Positions 53,692 to 64,000 of a DNA stretch of 64,000 nt are shown piece after piece (position 1 is the first letter of the stretch; every line of letters begins with the position of its first letter). The translations under genes were made by a program, and so were the position numbers. Origin of the DNA: Acidobacteriota bacterium (GTDB lineage: Bacteria; Acidobacteriota; UBA6911; RPQK01; JAJDTT01). The DNA lies in assembly GCA_965263035.1 (NCBI GenBank), contig OZ253580.1:2592001-2656000 (forward strand), in the 5' to 3' direction. The notes beneath the pieces were generated by a model. That model did no database searches and had not been told where the DNA came from. It saw nothing but the letters and a program-made list of their open reading frames with translations.

Positions 53692-54248
53692 AGGAAGTTC
53701 TCCAGGATGGCCTTGCCCGGGTCGGTCAGCACCGATTCGGGATGGAATTGAACGCCGAAGATATCATGGTCCCGATGTCTCAATCCCATGATGAGCCCGT
53801 TGTCGGTCCAGGCGTTCACCACCAGGCATTCGGGAAGGTGGTCTTTGCTGACCACCAGGGAATGATAGCGAGTGGCTTCGAAGGGATTGGGTATCCCCGA
53901 GAGGATGGAGTCCCCCTGATGATGGATTCTGGAGGTCTTCCCATGCCTCAGCTCCGGCGCCCGGATCACCAGGCCTCCATAGGCCGATGCGATGGCCTGA
54001 TGGCCGAGGCAGACTCCCAGAACCGGCACCCGGCCCGCCAGCCGGCGGATCGCCTCGATGGAGATTCCGGCGTCCTCAGGCGTTCCCGGGCCCGGTGAGA
54101 TCACCAGCCTCTGGGGCGCCCGGTCCAGAATCTCGTCCGTCGTAATCCGGTCGTTGCGGTAGACCTCGAGATCGCACCCCAACTCCCCCAGGTACTGGAC
54201 CAGGTTGTAGGTAAAGCTGTCGTAATTGTCGATCATGATGACGTTCAT
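53676..54248 (-). CDS. trpG: Anthranilate synthase component II
   Basis: IDNYDSFTYNL, SPGPG, GVCLGHQ and GVQFHPES; ATGA overlap with trpE. Confidence 0.96.
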   Translation of the reverse strand: MNVIMIDNYDSFTYNLVQYLGELGCDLEVYRNDRITTDEILDRAPQRLVISPGPGTPEDAGISIEAIRRLAGRVPVLGVCLGHQAIASAYGGLVIRAPELRHGKTSRIHHQGDSILSGIPNPFEATRYHSLVVSKDHLPECLVVNAWTDNGLIMGLRHRDHDIFGVQFHPESVLTDPGKAILENFLCCRS

Positions 54249-55621
54249 GATTGGACACCTGGAGAGTGGGCGGACTGCCGCGGTTCCAGAGCCGAGGCCA
54301 GTTCCAGGGCCTGAAACAGGGCCCGCGCCTTGTTGCGGCATTCCTTGTGCTCGAGTTCCGGGACCGAATCGGCGACGATGCCCGCGCCCGCCTGAAGATA
54401 TGCCTTTCCGTTCTTGATGGCGATGGTTCTGATGCCGATGCAGGAGTCCAGATTGCCCGAGAAGTCCAGATAGCCGACGGCTCCGGCGTAGACGCCTCGC
54501 CGGCACGGCTCAAGCTCCTCGATGATCTCCATGGCCCTGACTTTGGGCGCTCCGGTCACGGTACCCGCGGGAAAGCAGGCGGCCAGAGCGTCGAAGCGGT
54601 CCAACTCGGGGCGCAGCCGGCCCCGGAGCGAACTGGTGATGTGCATCACGTGCGAATACTTCTCCAGGAACATCAGATCGGAGACGTGGACGGATCCGTA
54701 AGTGCTGACCCGCCCCAGGTCGTTCCGGCCCAGATCCACCAGCATCAGGTGCTCCGCCCGTTCCTTCTCGTCCCCCAGCAACTCGTCTTCGAAGAACTTC
54801 TCCTCCTCGGGATTCCGGCCTCGGCGCCGGGTTCCGGCAATGGGACGGTACTCCAGATCTCTTCCCTGAACCCGGATCAGCATCTCGGGGGAGGACCCGG
54901 CCAGATGCAGGTCTCCCATCCTGAGGTAGAACAGGTAGGGCGACGGGTTGACGTAGCGAAGGGCCCGGTAGACGTTGAAGGGATCCCCCGGATAGTCCGC
55001 CTCGAAGCGCTGCGACAGGACCACCTGGAAGATGTCTCCGGCTCGAATGTATTCCTTGGAGGTCTCCACCGCGGCGCAGAAATCCTTCTTCCGGAAGCTG
55101 GAGCCGACGCAGCTCAGGGCAGGAAGCGCTTGGCCGGGATCGATGAGAGCAGGGGCCTGAGGAGCACTTCGAAGCCGGTGCTCCATCTCCCGGACCCGGT
55201 CCTGGCTCTCGTGGGACATAATGATGATCTGGTGTTTGACGTGGTCGAAAGCCACGACCGTGGCGTAGAAATCCATGAGCACCGTGGTGGCCGGATCGAG
55301 GTGCCCATCCTGCCGGATCAGGTTGGGAAGACGCTCCAGCTCCCGGACCATCTCATAGGCAAAGATCCCGATGGCGCCGCCGGTGAAGGGAGGCAGGTCC
55401 GGGTCGGCCGGCTCCTTCAGCGGAGGAAACTGGCGGCGGAAACCCTCGAACTGTCCTTCGAAGACCTGGTAGGGGTCCACGCCCAGGAAGGAGTACCGCC
55501 CGATGTTTTCCCCTCCCTCGACCGACTCCAGGAGGAAACCTCTCCGGGCAGAGGAACCCAAGCTGAGAAACGCGGTGACCGGGTTCAGCAGGTCGGCCAA
55601 AAAGGCCTTGGTGTGAAGCAT
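54245..55621 (-). CDS. trpE: Anthranilate synthase component I
   Basis: LLESVEGG..GRYS, NPSPY, SSPE, PIAGT, AEHLMLVDLGRND and GAPK. Confidence 0.96.
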   Translation of the reverse strand: MLHTKAFLADLLNPVTAFLSLGSSARRGFLLESVEGGENIGRYSFLGVDPYQVFEGQFEGFRRQFPPLKEPADPDLPPFTGGAIGIFAYEMVRELERLPNLIRQDGHLDPATTVLMDFYATVVAFDHVKHQIIIMSHESQDRVREMEHRLRSAPQAPALIDPGQALPALSCVGSSFRKKDFCAAVETSKEYIRAGDIFQVVLSQRFEADYPGDPFNVYRALRYVNPSPYLFYLRMGDLHLAGSSPEMLIRVQGRDLEYRPIAGTRRRGRNPEEEKFFEDELLGDEKERAEHLMLVDLGRNDLGRVSTYGSVHVSDLMFLEKYSHVMHITSSLRGRLRPELDRFDALAACFPAGTVTGAPKVRAMEIIEELEPCRRGVYAGAVGYLDFSGNLDSCIGIRTIAIKNGKAYLQAGAGIVADSVPELEHKECRNKARALFQALELASALEPRQSAHSPGVQS

Positions 55622-55638
55622 GGTTCAGAACATTCGTC

Positions 55639-55684
55639 AAAAAAAAGAAAGGCCGTGGAGGAAGTCCCCCACGGCCTTTCTTTT
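55639..55684 (-). terminator. trp attenuator terminator
   Basis: Minus strand reads AAAAGAAAGGCCGTGG-loop-CCACGGCCTTTC-T8, ending 17 nt before the trpE ATG. Confidence 0.85.
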
Positions 55685-55736
55685 GATCTCTATCTTGGCC
55701 CTTTGACGATGGACAGTCCTCCGATAACGATCTGTG

Positions 55737-55778
55737 CTAGACGCGCCAACCGTATCGGAAGAAACTGAAAACCGCCAT
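55737..55778 (-). CDS. trp leader peptide [13 protein letters not shown]
   Basis: 13-aa ORF with one Trp, three Phe and one Tyr codon upstream of the terminator; its coding segment pairs with 55720-55726. Confidence 0.72.
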   Translation of the reverse strand: MAVFSFFRYGWRV

Positions 55779-55915
55779 GTCCAAATTGCCTTTTTCGAAG
55801 ATACAGAGTCGGTGACTGGGAGTCAACCGGAATTTGGAGACCGCAGATTCCGAGTTGAAGACCGAAGCGTGGCGACGGTCCGGACGATGCTGAGGAAAGA
55901 GCAAAGAGGGCGCCC

Positions 55916-57211
55916 CTATCCCCCCGACATGGAGTGGAGGAAGCTGGCGTTGTCTCGGGCCTTGCTCAGCTTGTCCAGCAGGAGCTCCATGGACTCGGTG
56001 ACGGAGAGGGGATTCAGGACCTTGCGCAAGATCCAGATTCGATTCAGATCGTCCCGCTTGAGCAGGAGCTCTTCCTTGCGGGTGCCGGAACGGTTGATGT
56101 CTATGGACGGGAAGATCCGTTTGTCGACCAGGCGCCGATCCAATCCCAGCTCCATGTTACCGGTTCCCTTGAACTCCTCGAAGATGACATCGTCCATTCG
56201 GCTGCCGGTGTCGATCAAGGCGGTGGCGATGATGGTGAGGCTCCCGCCTTCCTCAATGTTCCTGGCTGCCCCGAAGAAACGCTTGGGCCGCTGCAGGGCG
56301 TTGGAATCCACGCCACCTGACAGGACCTTCCCGGAGGGTGGGACTACGGAATTGTAGGCCCGGGCGAGACGGGTGATGGAATCCAGAAGGATCACCACAT
56401 CCTTGCCATGCTCCACCAGCCGTTTGGCTTTTTCCAGGACCATTTCGGCCACCTGGATGTGACGAGAGGCCGGCTCGTCGAAGGTGGAGCTGATCACCTC
56501 GCCTCGAACCGAGCGCTGCATGTCGGTCACTTCTTCCGGACGCTCGTCGATGAGAAGGACGATCAGAATGATCTCATGGTGGTTCTGGGCAATGGAGTGG
56601 GCGATGCTCTGCAGGATCATGGTCTTTCCCGCCCTGGGCGGAGAAACGATCAGTCCCCGCTGGCCCTTGCCGATGGGCGTGAGCAGGTCCATGACCCGAC
56701 CCGTCAGGTTGTTCTGGGTCGTCTCTTGATTGACGCGCTCGTCAGGATAAATGGGGGTCAGGTTCTCGAAAAAGGTGCGATCGCGAGCTACGTCCGGATG
56801 CTCGAAATTGATGGCTTCCACCTTGATCAGGGCGAAGTAGCGTTCTCCCTCCTTCGGGGGGCGGACCTGCCCGGAAACGGTATCACCGGTGCGAAGATCG
56901 AACCGGCGGATCTGGGAGGGGGAGACGTAGATGTCGTCGGGACCGGGCAGATAGTTGTACTCGGGGGCTCGTAGGAAGCCGAACCCGTCGGGAAGCGTTT
57001 CCAGAACTCCCTCCGAGAATATAAGCCCGCTACGCTCCGTCTGTGCCTTCAGGATCTGGAAGATCAACTCCTGCTTCCGCATTCCCGCGGCTCCGGAAAT
57101 GTCCAGCCGTTTGGCGATCAGATTCAACGCGTTGATGTTCAGCTCCTTCAGTTCCTGAATATTGAGGGGCTTGCCGGTTTCCCTGAAGGTGGACGTGCTT
57201 GCTTCAGACAT
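55916..57211 (-). CDS. rho: Transcription termination factor Rho
   Basis: [45 protein letters not shown] and FKGTGNME. Confidence 0.98.
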   Translation of the reverse strand: MSEASTSTFRETGKPLNIQELKELNINALNLIAKRLDISGAAGMRKQELIFQILKAQTERSGLIFSEGVLETLPDGFGFLRAPEYNYLPGPDDIYVSPSQIRRFDLRTGDTVSGQVRPPKEGERYFALIKVEAINFEHPDVARDRTFFENLTPIYPDERVNQETTQNNLTGRVMDLLTPIGKGQRGLIVSPPRAGKTMILQSIAHSIAQNHHEIILIVLLIDERPEEVTDMQRSVRGEVISSTFDEPASRHIQVAEMVLEKAKRLVEHGKDVVILLDSITRLARAYNSVVPPSGKVLSGGVDSNALQRPKRFFGAARNIEEGGSLTIIATALIDTGSRMDDVIFEEFKGTGNMELGLDRRLVDKRIFPSIDINRSGTRKEELLLKRDDLNRIWILRKVLNPLSVTESMELLLDKLSKARDNASFLHSMSGG

Positions 57212-57371
57212 TTATCAATGGCCTTTCAAATAGGTCGCCACGGAAACTTTCACACCAGCCGTCTGTGGCGGGATGGCCGGGAGTCTCGGAAGGTGATCAC
57301 ACTCCAGAGACTTGAATCACCAAACCTGATGGTTGTCTTCCGGATGGGTTCGATGGAACAAGAACGGCCAG

Positions 57372-59804
<2,433 letters not shown>

Positions 59805-59939
59805 ACTCGTGTTCTGTCGTAAGCTAAAAGGTACGAGCGCTTCTCACTGTAAGATGCAGCACACCAGGATTCGTTTCAACGACCATTCCGACGCCGGCCG
59901 GTCCGGCAGGGACGGCGGAAGGAATCCCCTTCAGAACCA

Positions 59940-61181
59940 TCATCCCGCCTTCTCGAGAACCTGAAACACCATTTCGCCGTTCTCCACCATTTCCTTGGTC
60001 ACCACCAACTCCTCCATCGTCTTGTTGGAGGGGAGTTCGTACATGAGATCCAACATAAGATCCTCTACTACCAACCGCAAGCCGCGCGCTCCGATCTTAC
60101 TCTTCAACGCCAGATCCGCAATTGCCAGCAGGGAGCCCTCGGTGAAGCTCAAAGAGACGCCCTCGAACTCGAACATCCTCTGGTATTGCTTGACCAGGGC
60201 GTTGCTGGGCCGGGTCAGGATCTCGACCAATGCGTCGCGGTCCAGATCGTGCAAGGTGCAGACGATGGGGAGGCGTCCCACGAACTCGGGAATCAGGCCG
60301 AATTTGATCAGGTCCTCAGGCAGAGTCTGGCCCAGGACTTCAGAAGTGCTTTCCTTCTTCCATCGACTGTCGCCGAGCGAGGATCGGAACCCCATGCCAC
60401 TCCGGCCCAGACGGTTTCGAATCAACTTCTCGAGACCGACGAAGGCCCCTCCACACAGGAACAGAATGTTCGTGGTGTCCACCTGAACGAATTCCTGGTG
60501 AGGATGTTTACGGCCTCCCTGAGGGGGGACGTTGGCCACGGTCCCTTCCAATATCTTGAGCAGCGCCTGTTGAACTCCCTCACCCGACACGTCCCGCGTA
60601 ATGGACGGATTTTCATCCTTACGGGAGATCTTGTCGATCTCGTCGATGTAGATGATCCCCTGCATACACCGTTCCCGGTCTCCCCCGGCGGACTGCAGCA
60701 ATCGAAGCAGGATGTTCTCCACGTCCTCCCCCACGTATCCGGCCTCGGTCAGGGTCGTGGCGTCGACGATGGCAAAGGGGACCGAGAGCATGCGGGCGAG
60801 CGTCTGCGCCAGGAGCGTCTTGCCGGTGCCGGTGGGGCCGATGAGCAGAACGTTGCTTTTGGAGAGCTCGACGTTCTGGCGGCGCCGTCTGGCCAACTTG
60901 ATCCTCTTGTAGTGATTGTAGACGGCCACGGCCAACTTCTTCTTGGGGATCTCCTGGCCCACGACATACTGGTCCAGGAACTCCTTGATCTCCACCGGCT
61001 TGGGCAGTGTCTCCTTGATCGATGCCGCCTCTGCCGTCAGTTCATCGGCGATGATTTCGTTGCAGATGTCGACACACTCGTCGCAAATGAAGACTGACGG
61101 ACCTGCGATCAGCTTCTTGACGTGTTTTTGGCTCTTGTTGCAGAAAGAGCACTGGAAAACGTCTTCGGCATTCTTCTTCAC
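59940..61181 (-). CDS. clpX: Clp protease ATP-binding subunit ClpX
   Basis: CSFC...ICDEC zinc finger, [17 protein letters not shown] and [10 protein letters not shown]. Confidence 0.98.
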   Translation of the reverse strand: MKKNAEDVFQCSFCNKSQKHVKKLIAGPSVFICDECVDICNEIIADELTAEAASIKETLPKPVEIKEFLDQYVVGQEIPKKKLAVAVYNHYKRIKLARRRRQNVELSKSNVLLIGPTGTGKTLLAQTLARMLSVPFAIVDATTLTEAGYVGEDVENILLRLLQSAGGDRERCMQGIIYIDEIDKISRKDENPSITRDVSGEGVQQALLKILEGTVANVPPQGGRKHPHQEFVQVDTTNILFLCGGAFVGLEKLIRNRLGRSGMGFRSSLGDSRWKKESTSEVLGQTLPEDLIKFGLIPEFVGRLPIVCTLHDLDRDALVEILTRPSNALVKQYQRMFEFEGVSLSFTEGSLLAIADLALKSKIGARGLRLVVEDLMLDLMYELPSNKTMEELVVTKEMVENGEMVFQVLEKAG

Positions 61182-61278
61182 TTGAACTCCCCTGTTGACC
61201 GCGAGCACCCCGGAGTGTCGACCAGAGGGGTGGGATCCGGCGATCGATTGTCGAGGCTGTCTGGGATGACCGAGTCCG

Positions 61279-61866
61279 TCAAGTGTGCTTCTCGATGGTC
61301 ATGTCGATAATACCATACTCCTTGGCTTCCGGAGTCGCCATGATGAAGTCCCGCTCCACGTCCTTGGCGATCCGCCGCACGGTCTGCTTGGTGTGCTTGG
61401 CCAGGATCCGGTTGGTCGTATCCCGCATTCTCAGGATCTCTCGGGCATGGATATCAATGTCGGTCGCCTGACCCGAGAGTCCCGTCATGGTGGGCTGGTG
61501 GATGAGGATCCGACTGTGGGGCAGAGCGAACCGTTTTCCCGGGGCGCCGGCGGTCAGCAACAACGCCGCCATGGACGCAGCCTGCCCGAGGCAGATGGTG
61601 GTCACATCGTTCTTGACGAACTGCATGGTGTCGTAAATGGCCAGACCTGCGGTAATGGAGCCTCCCGGGGAATTGATGTAAAGGGAAATGTCCTTGTCCG
61701 GTCCCTCGGCTTCCAGGAAGAGTAGTTGGGCGGTGACCAGATTGGCCACATTGTCATCGATGGGCGTACCGACGAAGATGATGTTGTCCTTCAAGAGACG
61801 GGAATAGATGTCGTAGGCGCGCTCGCCACGATTGCTCTGCTCGACCACCATGGGGATCAAAACCAT
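61279..61866 (-). CDS. clpP: Clp protease proteolytic subunit
   Basis: [20 protein letters not shown] and IHQP. Confidence 0.98.
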   Translation of the reverse strand: MVLIPMVVEQSNRGERAYDIYSRLLKDNIIFVGTPIDDNVANLVTAQLLFLEAEGPDKDISLYINSPGGSITAGLAIYDTMQFVKNDVTTICLGQAASMAALLLTAGAPGKRFALPHSRILIHQPTMTGLSGQATDIDIHAREILRMRDTTNRILAKHTKQTVRRIAKDVERDFIMATPEAKEYGIIDMTIEKHT

Positions 61867-61989
61867 CCTGGATCTCCTCTTGTCGCTGTCCGTTGTCCGG
61901 GCCAGTCACGTCACCTCGTGAGAAAAGCCGTCAAGACATTCGTCCGAATCCGCCCCGTGGGGAAGCCCCCATTGCTCGCTCTGCACTCC

Positions 61990-63279
61990 TCATTCTTCCG
62001 TGACCACCGAGTGCTCAACCAGCAGTTCCAGTGCCTTACGGCGGAGGATTCGAGTCTCCACACTCGCTCTCGACTCCTGGTCGTGAAATCTCTGCCGAAT
62101 CTTCTCCAGCGGCTGATTCAGAGCATCCGCCGTTTGACGAAGTTCCGCCTCCAGTTCCGCCGGCTTGACCTCCAAATTCTCATTCTCCGCGATCTCTGAA
62201 AGGATCAATGCTGCCCGGGTCTCCTGCTCGGCATCGTGGCGAAGGTCATCCCGGATGCGATTCCAGTCCAGGTTCGCCTTGGTGGGATCCACTCCCTGAC
62301 GAGCCAAATTGTAGGCGACGTCACGGATTTTGTTGTCGATCCGATCTTCCACCAGGATTTCCGGCACCTGAAAGCGGCTGGCCTCGGAAAGCCTCTGAAC
62401 CAGTTGGCGCCTGATGCTGGAATCTCGGGCCTGCTGCCATTGGCTTGAGAGCCCTTGCCGAATCTGCTCCTTGAGTTGATCCAGATCGTCGAAATCTCCC
62501 AGATCCTTGGCAAACTCATCGTTCAGTTCCGGAAGGTCCTTGACCTTGATGTCGTTCAGTTGCAGGTTGAAGCGGACGCGGCGGCCAGCCAGCTTCTCCT
62601 CCGGATAGTCTTGGGGATAGTCCACGACGAAGGTCTTCTCTCCGCCGACTTCCATGCCCAGCAGGGCCTGATTGAAATCTCGCTGGGTGCGCTCGTCTCC
62701 CACGCGGATGGTCGTATTTTCCTGCCGGATCGCCTCGTCTCCGTCGGGAACGTACTTGCCGACCAGGTCCACCACGGCGTAGTCCCCATCGCGGGCTTCT
62801 TCCCGATCCGGAATCGAAATCAGGGGCGCATGGCGACCCCGAAGCCGCTCCAACTCCTGGGTCACCGATTCCTCGTCCGGAGACTTCTTCTCCAAACGGA
62901 CTTCCAGCCCCTTGTATTCCGGAATCTCGAACTCGGGCAGGGTCTCCACCACGGCCTCGTACACCAGAGGCTCCCCTTCATTGAAGGCCACTTGTTCCAG
63001 TTGCAACTGGCCGAGGGGGCGGATTTTCCTTTCGCGGATGGACTGATCGTACGACTCGGGGATCAACTTTTGCATGACCTCCTGGCGGATGTCCTTTCGA
63101 TACCGCCGTTTGACCAGCGCCACCGGGGCCTTACCGGGACGGAACCCGGCAATCCTCGAGTGCCTTCTATAGGTCGCGGCAACCCGGTTGAACTCGGCGA
63201 GCACCGTCTCGACCGGCACTACGACCCGCAACTTCTTCTTAACCGGGCTGATCTCTTCCAGTTCCGTCCGGACGTTCAT
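61990..63279 (-). CDS. tig: Trigger factor
   Basis: GFRPGKAP motif, FKBP-like domain, tig-clpP-clpX-lon order. Confidence 0.96.
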   Translation of the reverse strand: MNVRTELEEISPVKKKLRVVVPVETVLAEFNRVAATYRRHSRIAGFRPGKAPVALVKRRYRKDIRQEVMQKLIPESYDQSIRERKIRPLGQLQLEQVAFNEGEPLVYEAVVETLPEFEIPEYKGLEVRLEKKSPDEESVTQELERLRGRHAPLISIPDREEARDGDYAVVDLVGKYVPDGDEAIRQENTTIRVGDERTQRDFNQALLGMEVGGEKTFVVDYPQDYPEEKLAGRRVRFNLQLNDIKVKDLPELNDEFAKDLGDFDDLDQLKEQIRQGLSSQWQQARDSSIRRQLVQRLSEASRFQVPEILVEDRIDNKIRDVAYNLARQGVDPTKANLDWNRIRDDLRHDAEQETRAALILSEIAENENLEVKPAELEAELRQTADALNQPLEKIRQRFHDQESRASVETRILRRKALELLVEHSVVTEE

Positions 63280-63360
63280 GGTCCCGATCCGATACCCCTT
63301 TCAAAGCGGCACACATTCTAACAGCCCTCGGCAATCGCCGCGCCGATGGCGGTATAAGGA

Positions 63361-63387
63361 GAGGTTGCCCACAAGGGGAGCCCCTAC
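63361..63387 (-). repeat. GTAG-type REP
   Basis: Reverse complement GTAGGGGCTCCCCTTGTGGGCAACCTC. Confidence 0.7.
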
Positions 63388-63401
63388 GCTATAGTCTCTC
63401 C

Positions 63402-63581
63402 GTGACCGCCGATCATGAGAAAGAGGTCCTGGAACGGAAGGCCCAGGCGCTGGATCGAATCCTGAAACTGTACCTGGAACTGCAGCACTCGGCCTTCTAC
63501 AGCCGCAACTGGGTCGAGCTGGCCGAGTTGCTGGAAGAGGAAGTCGCTCGGCTCCCCCAATCCGTAGAGGACGAAGATTGA
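63402..63581 (+). CDS. Small 59-aa acidic helical protein (not in ORF track)
   Basis: GTG...TGA gives MTADHEKEVLERKAQALDRILKLYLELQHSAFYSRNWVELAELLEEEVARLPQSVEDED; GC3-rich codons; TATAGT 6 nt upstream. Confidence 0.62.
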   Translation: MTADHEKEVLERKAQALDRILKLYLELQHSAFYSRNWVELAELLEEEVARLPQSVEDED

Positions 63582-63645
63582 TCCGAGGTCCGGGCCGGTT
63601 GCCGGCCAAATGCACACTCGGCCGGATTCTTCTCGAAGACGGGAC

Positions 63646-63705
63646 TGGGTGTGCCGCCCCGGAATCGGACCCGGAACCTACTGCTTGAGAATCAGTTGCC
63701 CTGCC
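63646..63705 (-). pseudogene. Decayed 3' portion of a tRNA (most like tRNA-Lys CTT)
   Basis: Reverse complement GGCAGGGCA-ACTGA-TTCTCAA-GCAGT-AGGTT-CCGGG-TCCGATT-CCGGG-GCGGCAC-ACCCA; 5' acceptor strand absent. Confidence 0.62.
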
Positions 63706-63753
63706 TGGCGGAAAGAACGTGACAGTTCCCTTCTCCTCTCCGGACCCGGGCCG

Positions 63754-64000
63754 TTAGGCGCCGATGATCTCGCTGATGTCGATCAGATGCAACTGCCGGC
63801 CTTCGCCGGTGTGAGGCGAATCGATGACAACGTTGCGGCCGTCGGGGCTGAAACGTGGATGCGTGTCCACTCGCCCCTCGCCGGTGTACTCCGGCGGCGA
63901 GAAGAACCGTCCCAGCGGGACCCGCCTGCCCGTGGCCACATGGTACAGATACACATGTTGTTTCCTGTGCTCGTCCGGATACGTGTCGTTCAGGATCCAC
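63754..64000 (-). CDS. C-terminus of a TolB/oligogalacturonate-lyase-like propeller protein (partial)
   Basis: WILNDTYPD...RVDTHPRFSPDGRNVVIDS...RQLHLID. Confidence 0.78.
   Translation of the reverse strand, partial: WILNDTYPDEHRKQHVYLYHVATGRRVPLGRFFSPPEYTGEGRVDTHPRFSPDGRNVVIDSPHTGEGRQLHLIDISEIIGA

Overview
GC-rich bacterial chromosomal window. Gene content and order suggest an Acidobacteriota-like genome (inference). Left part: siroheme genes (cobA partial, precorrin-2 dehydrogenase), an Fn3 protein plus radical SAM, topA-dprA, mqnA, a peptidoglycan-recycling cluster (namZ, CYTH, murU-like, amgK-like), asnS, folD, a YVTN propeller, soxCD-like genes, and secA with a 1-nt frameshift. Middle (about 22-46 kb): a block of exported carbohydrate, sulfate and redox enzymes. 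Right part: guaB, an aromatic superoperon trpEGDCFBA-chorismate mutase-aroF with two leader-peptide attenuators, and rho-lon-clpX-clpP-tig. The most unusual feature is a transposase-less tnpB cassette (8571-9949). It is bounded by 22-bp terminal inverted repeats and an 8-bp target-site duplication, which is DDE-type (IS1595-like) architecture rather than IS200/IS605. It keeps an omega-RNA-like 3' structure that runs into the right TIR, and it is interrupted by a nested 159-bp MITE. Also present: a 4-copy MITE family of about 160 bp, two REP families, a decayed tRNA-Lys fragment and an uncalled 59-aa ORF. All family assignments come from motif recognition; no database search was run.
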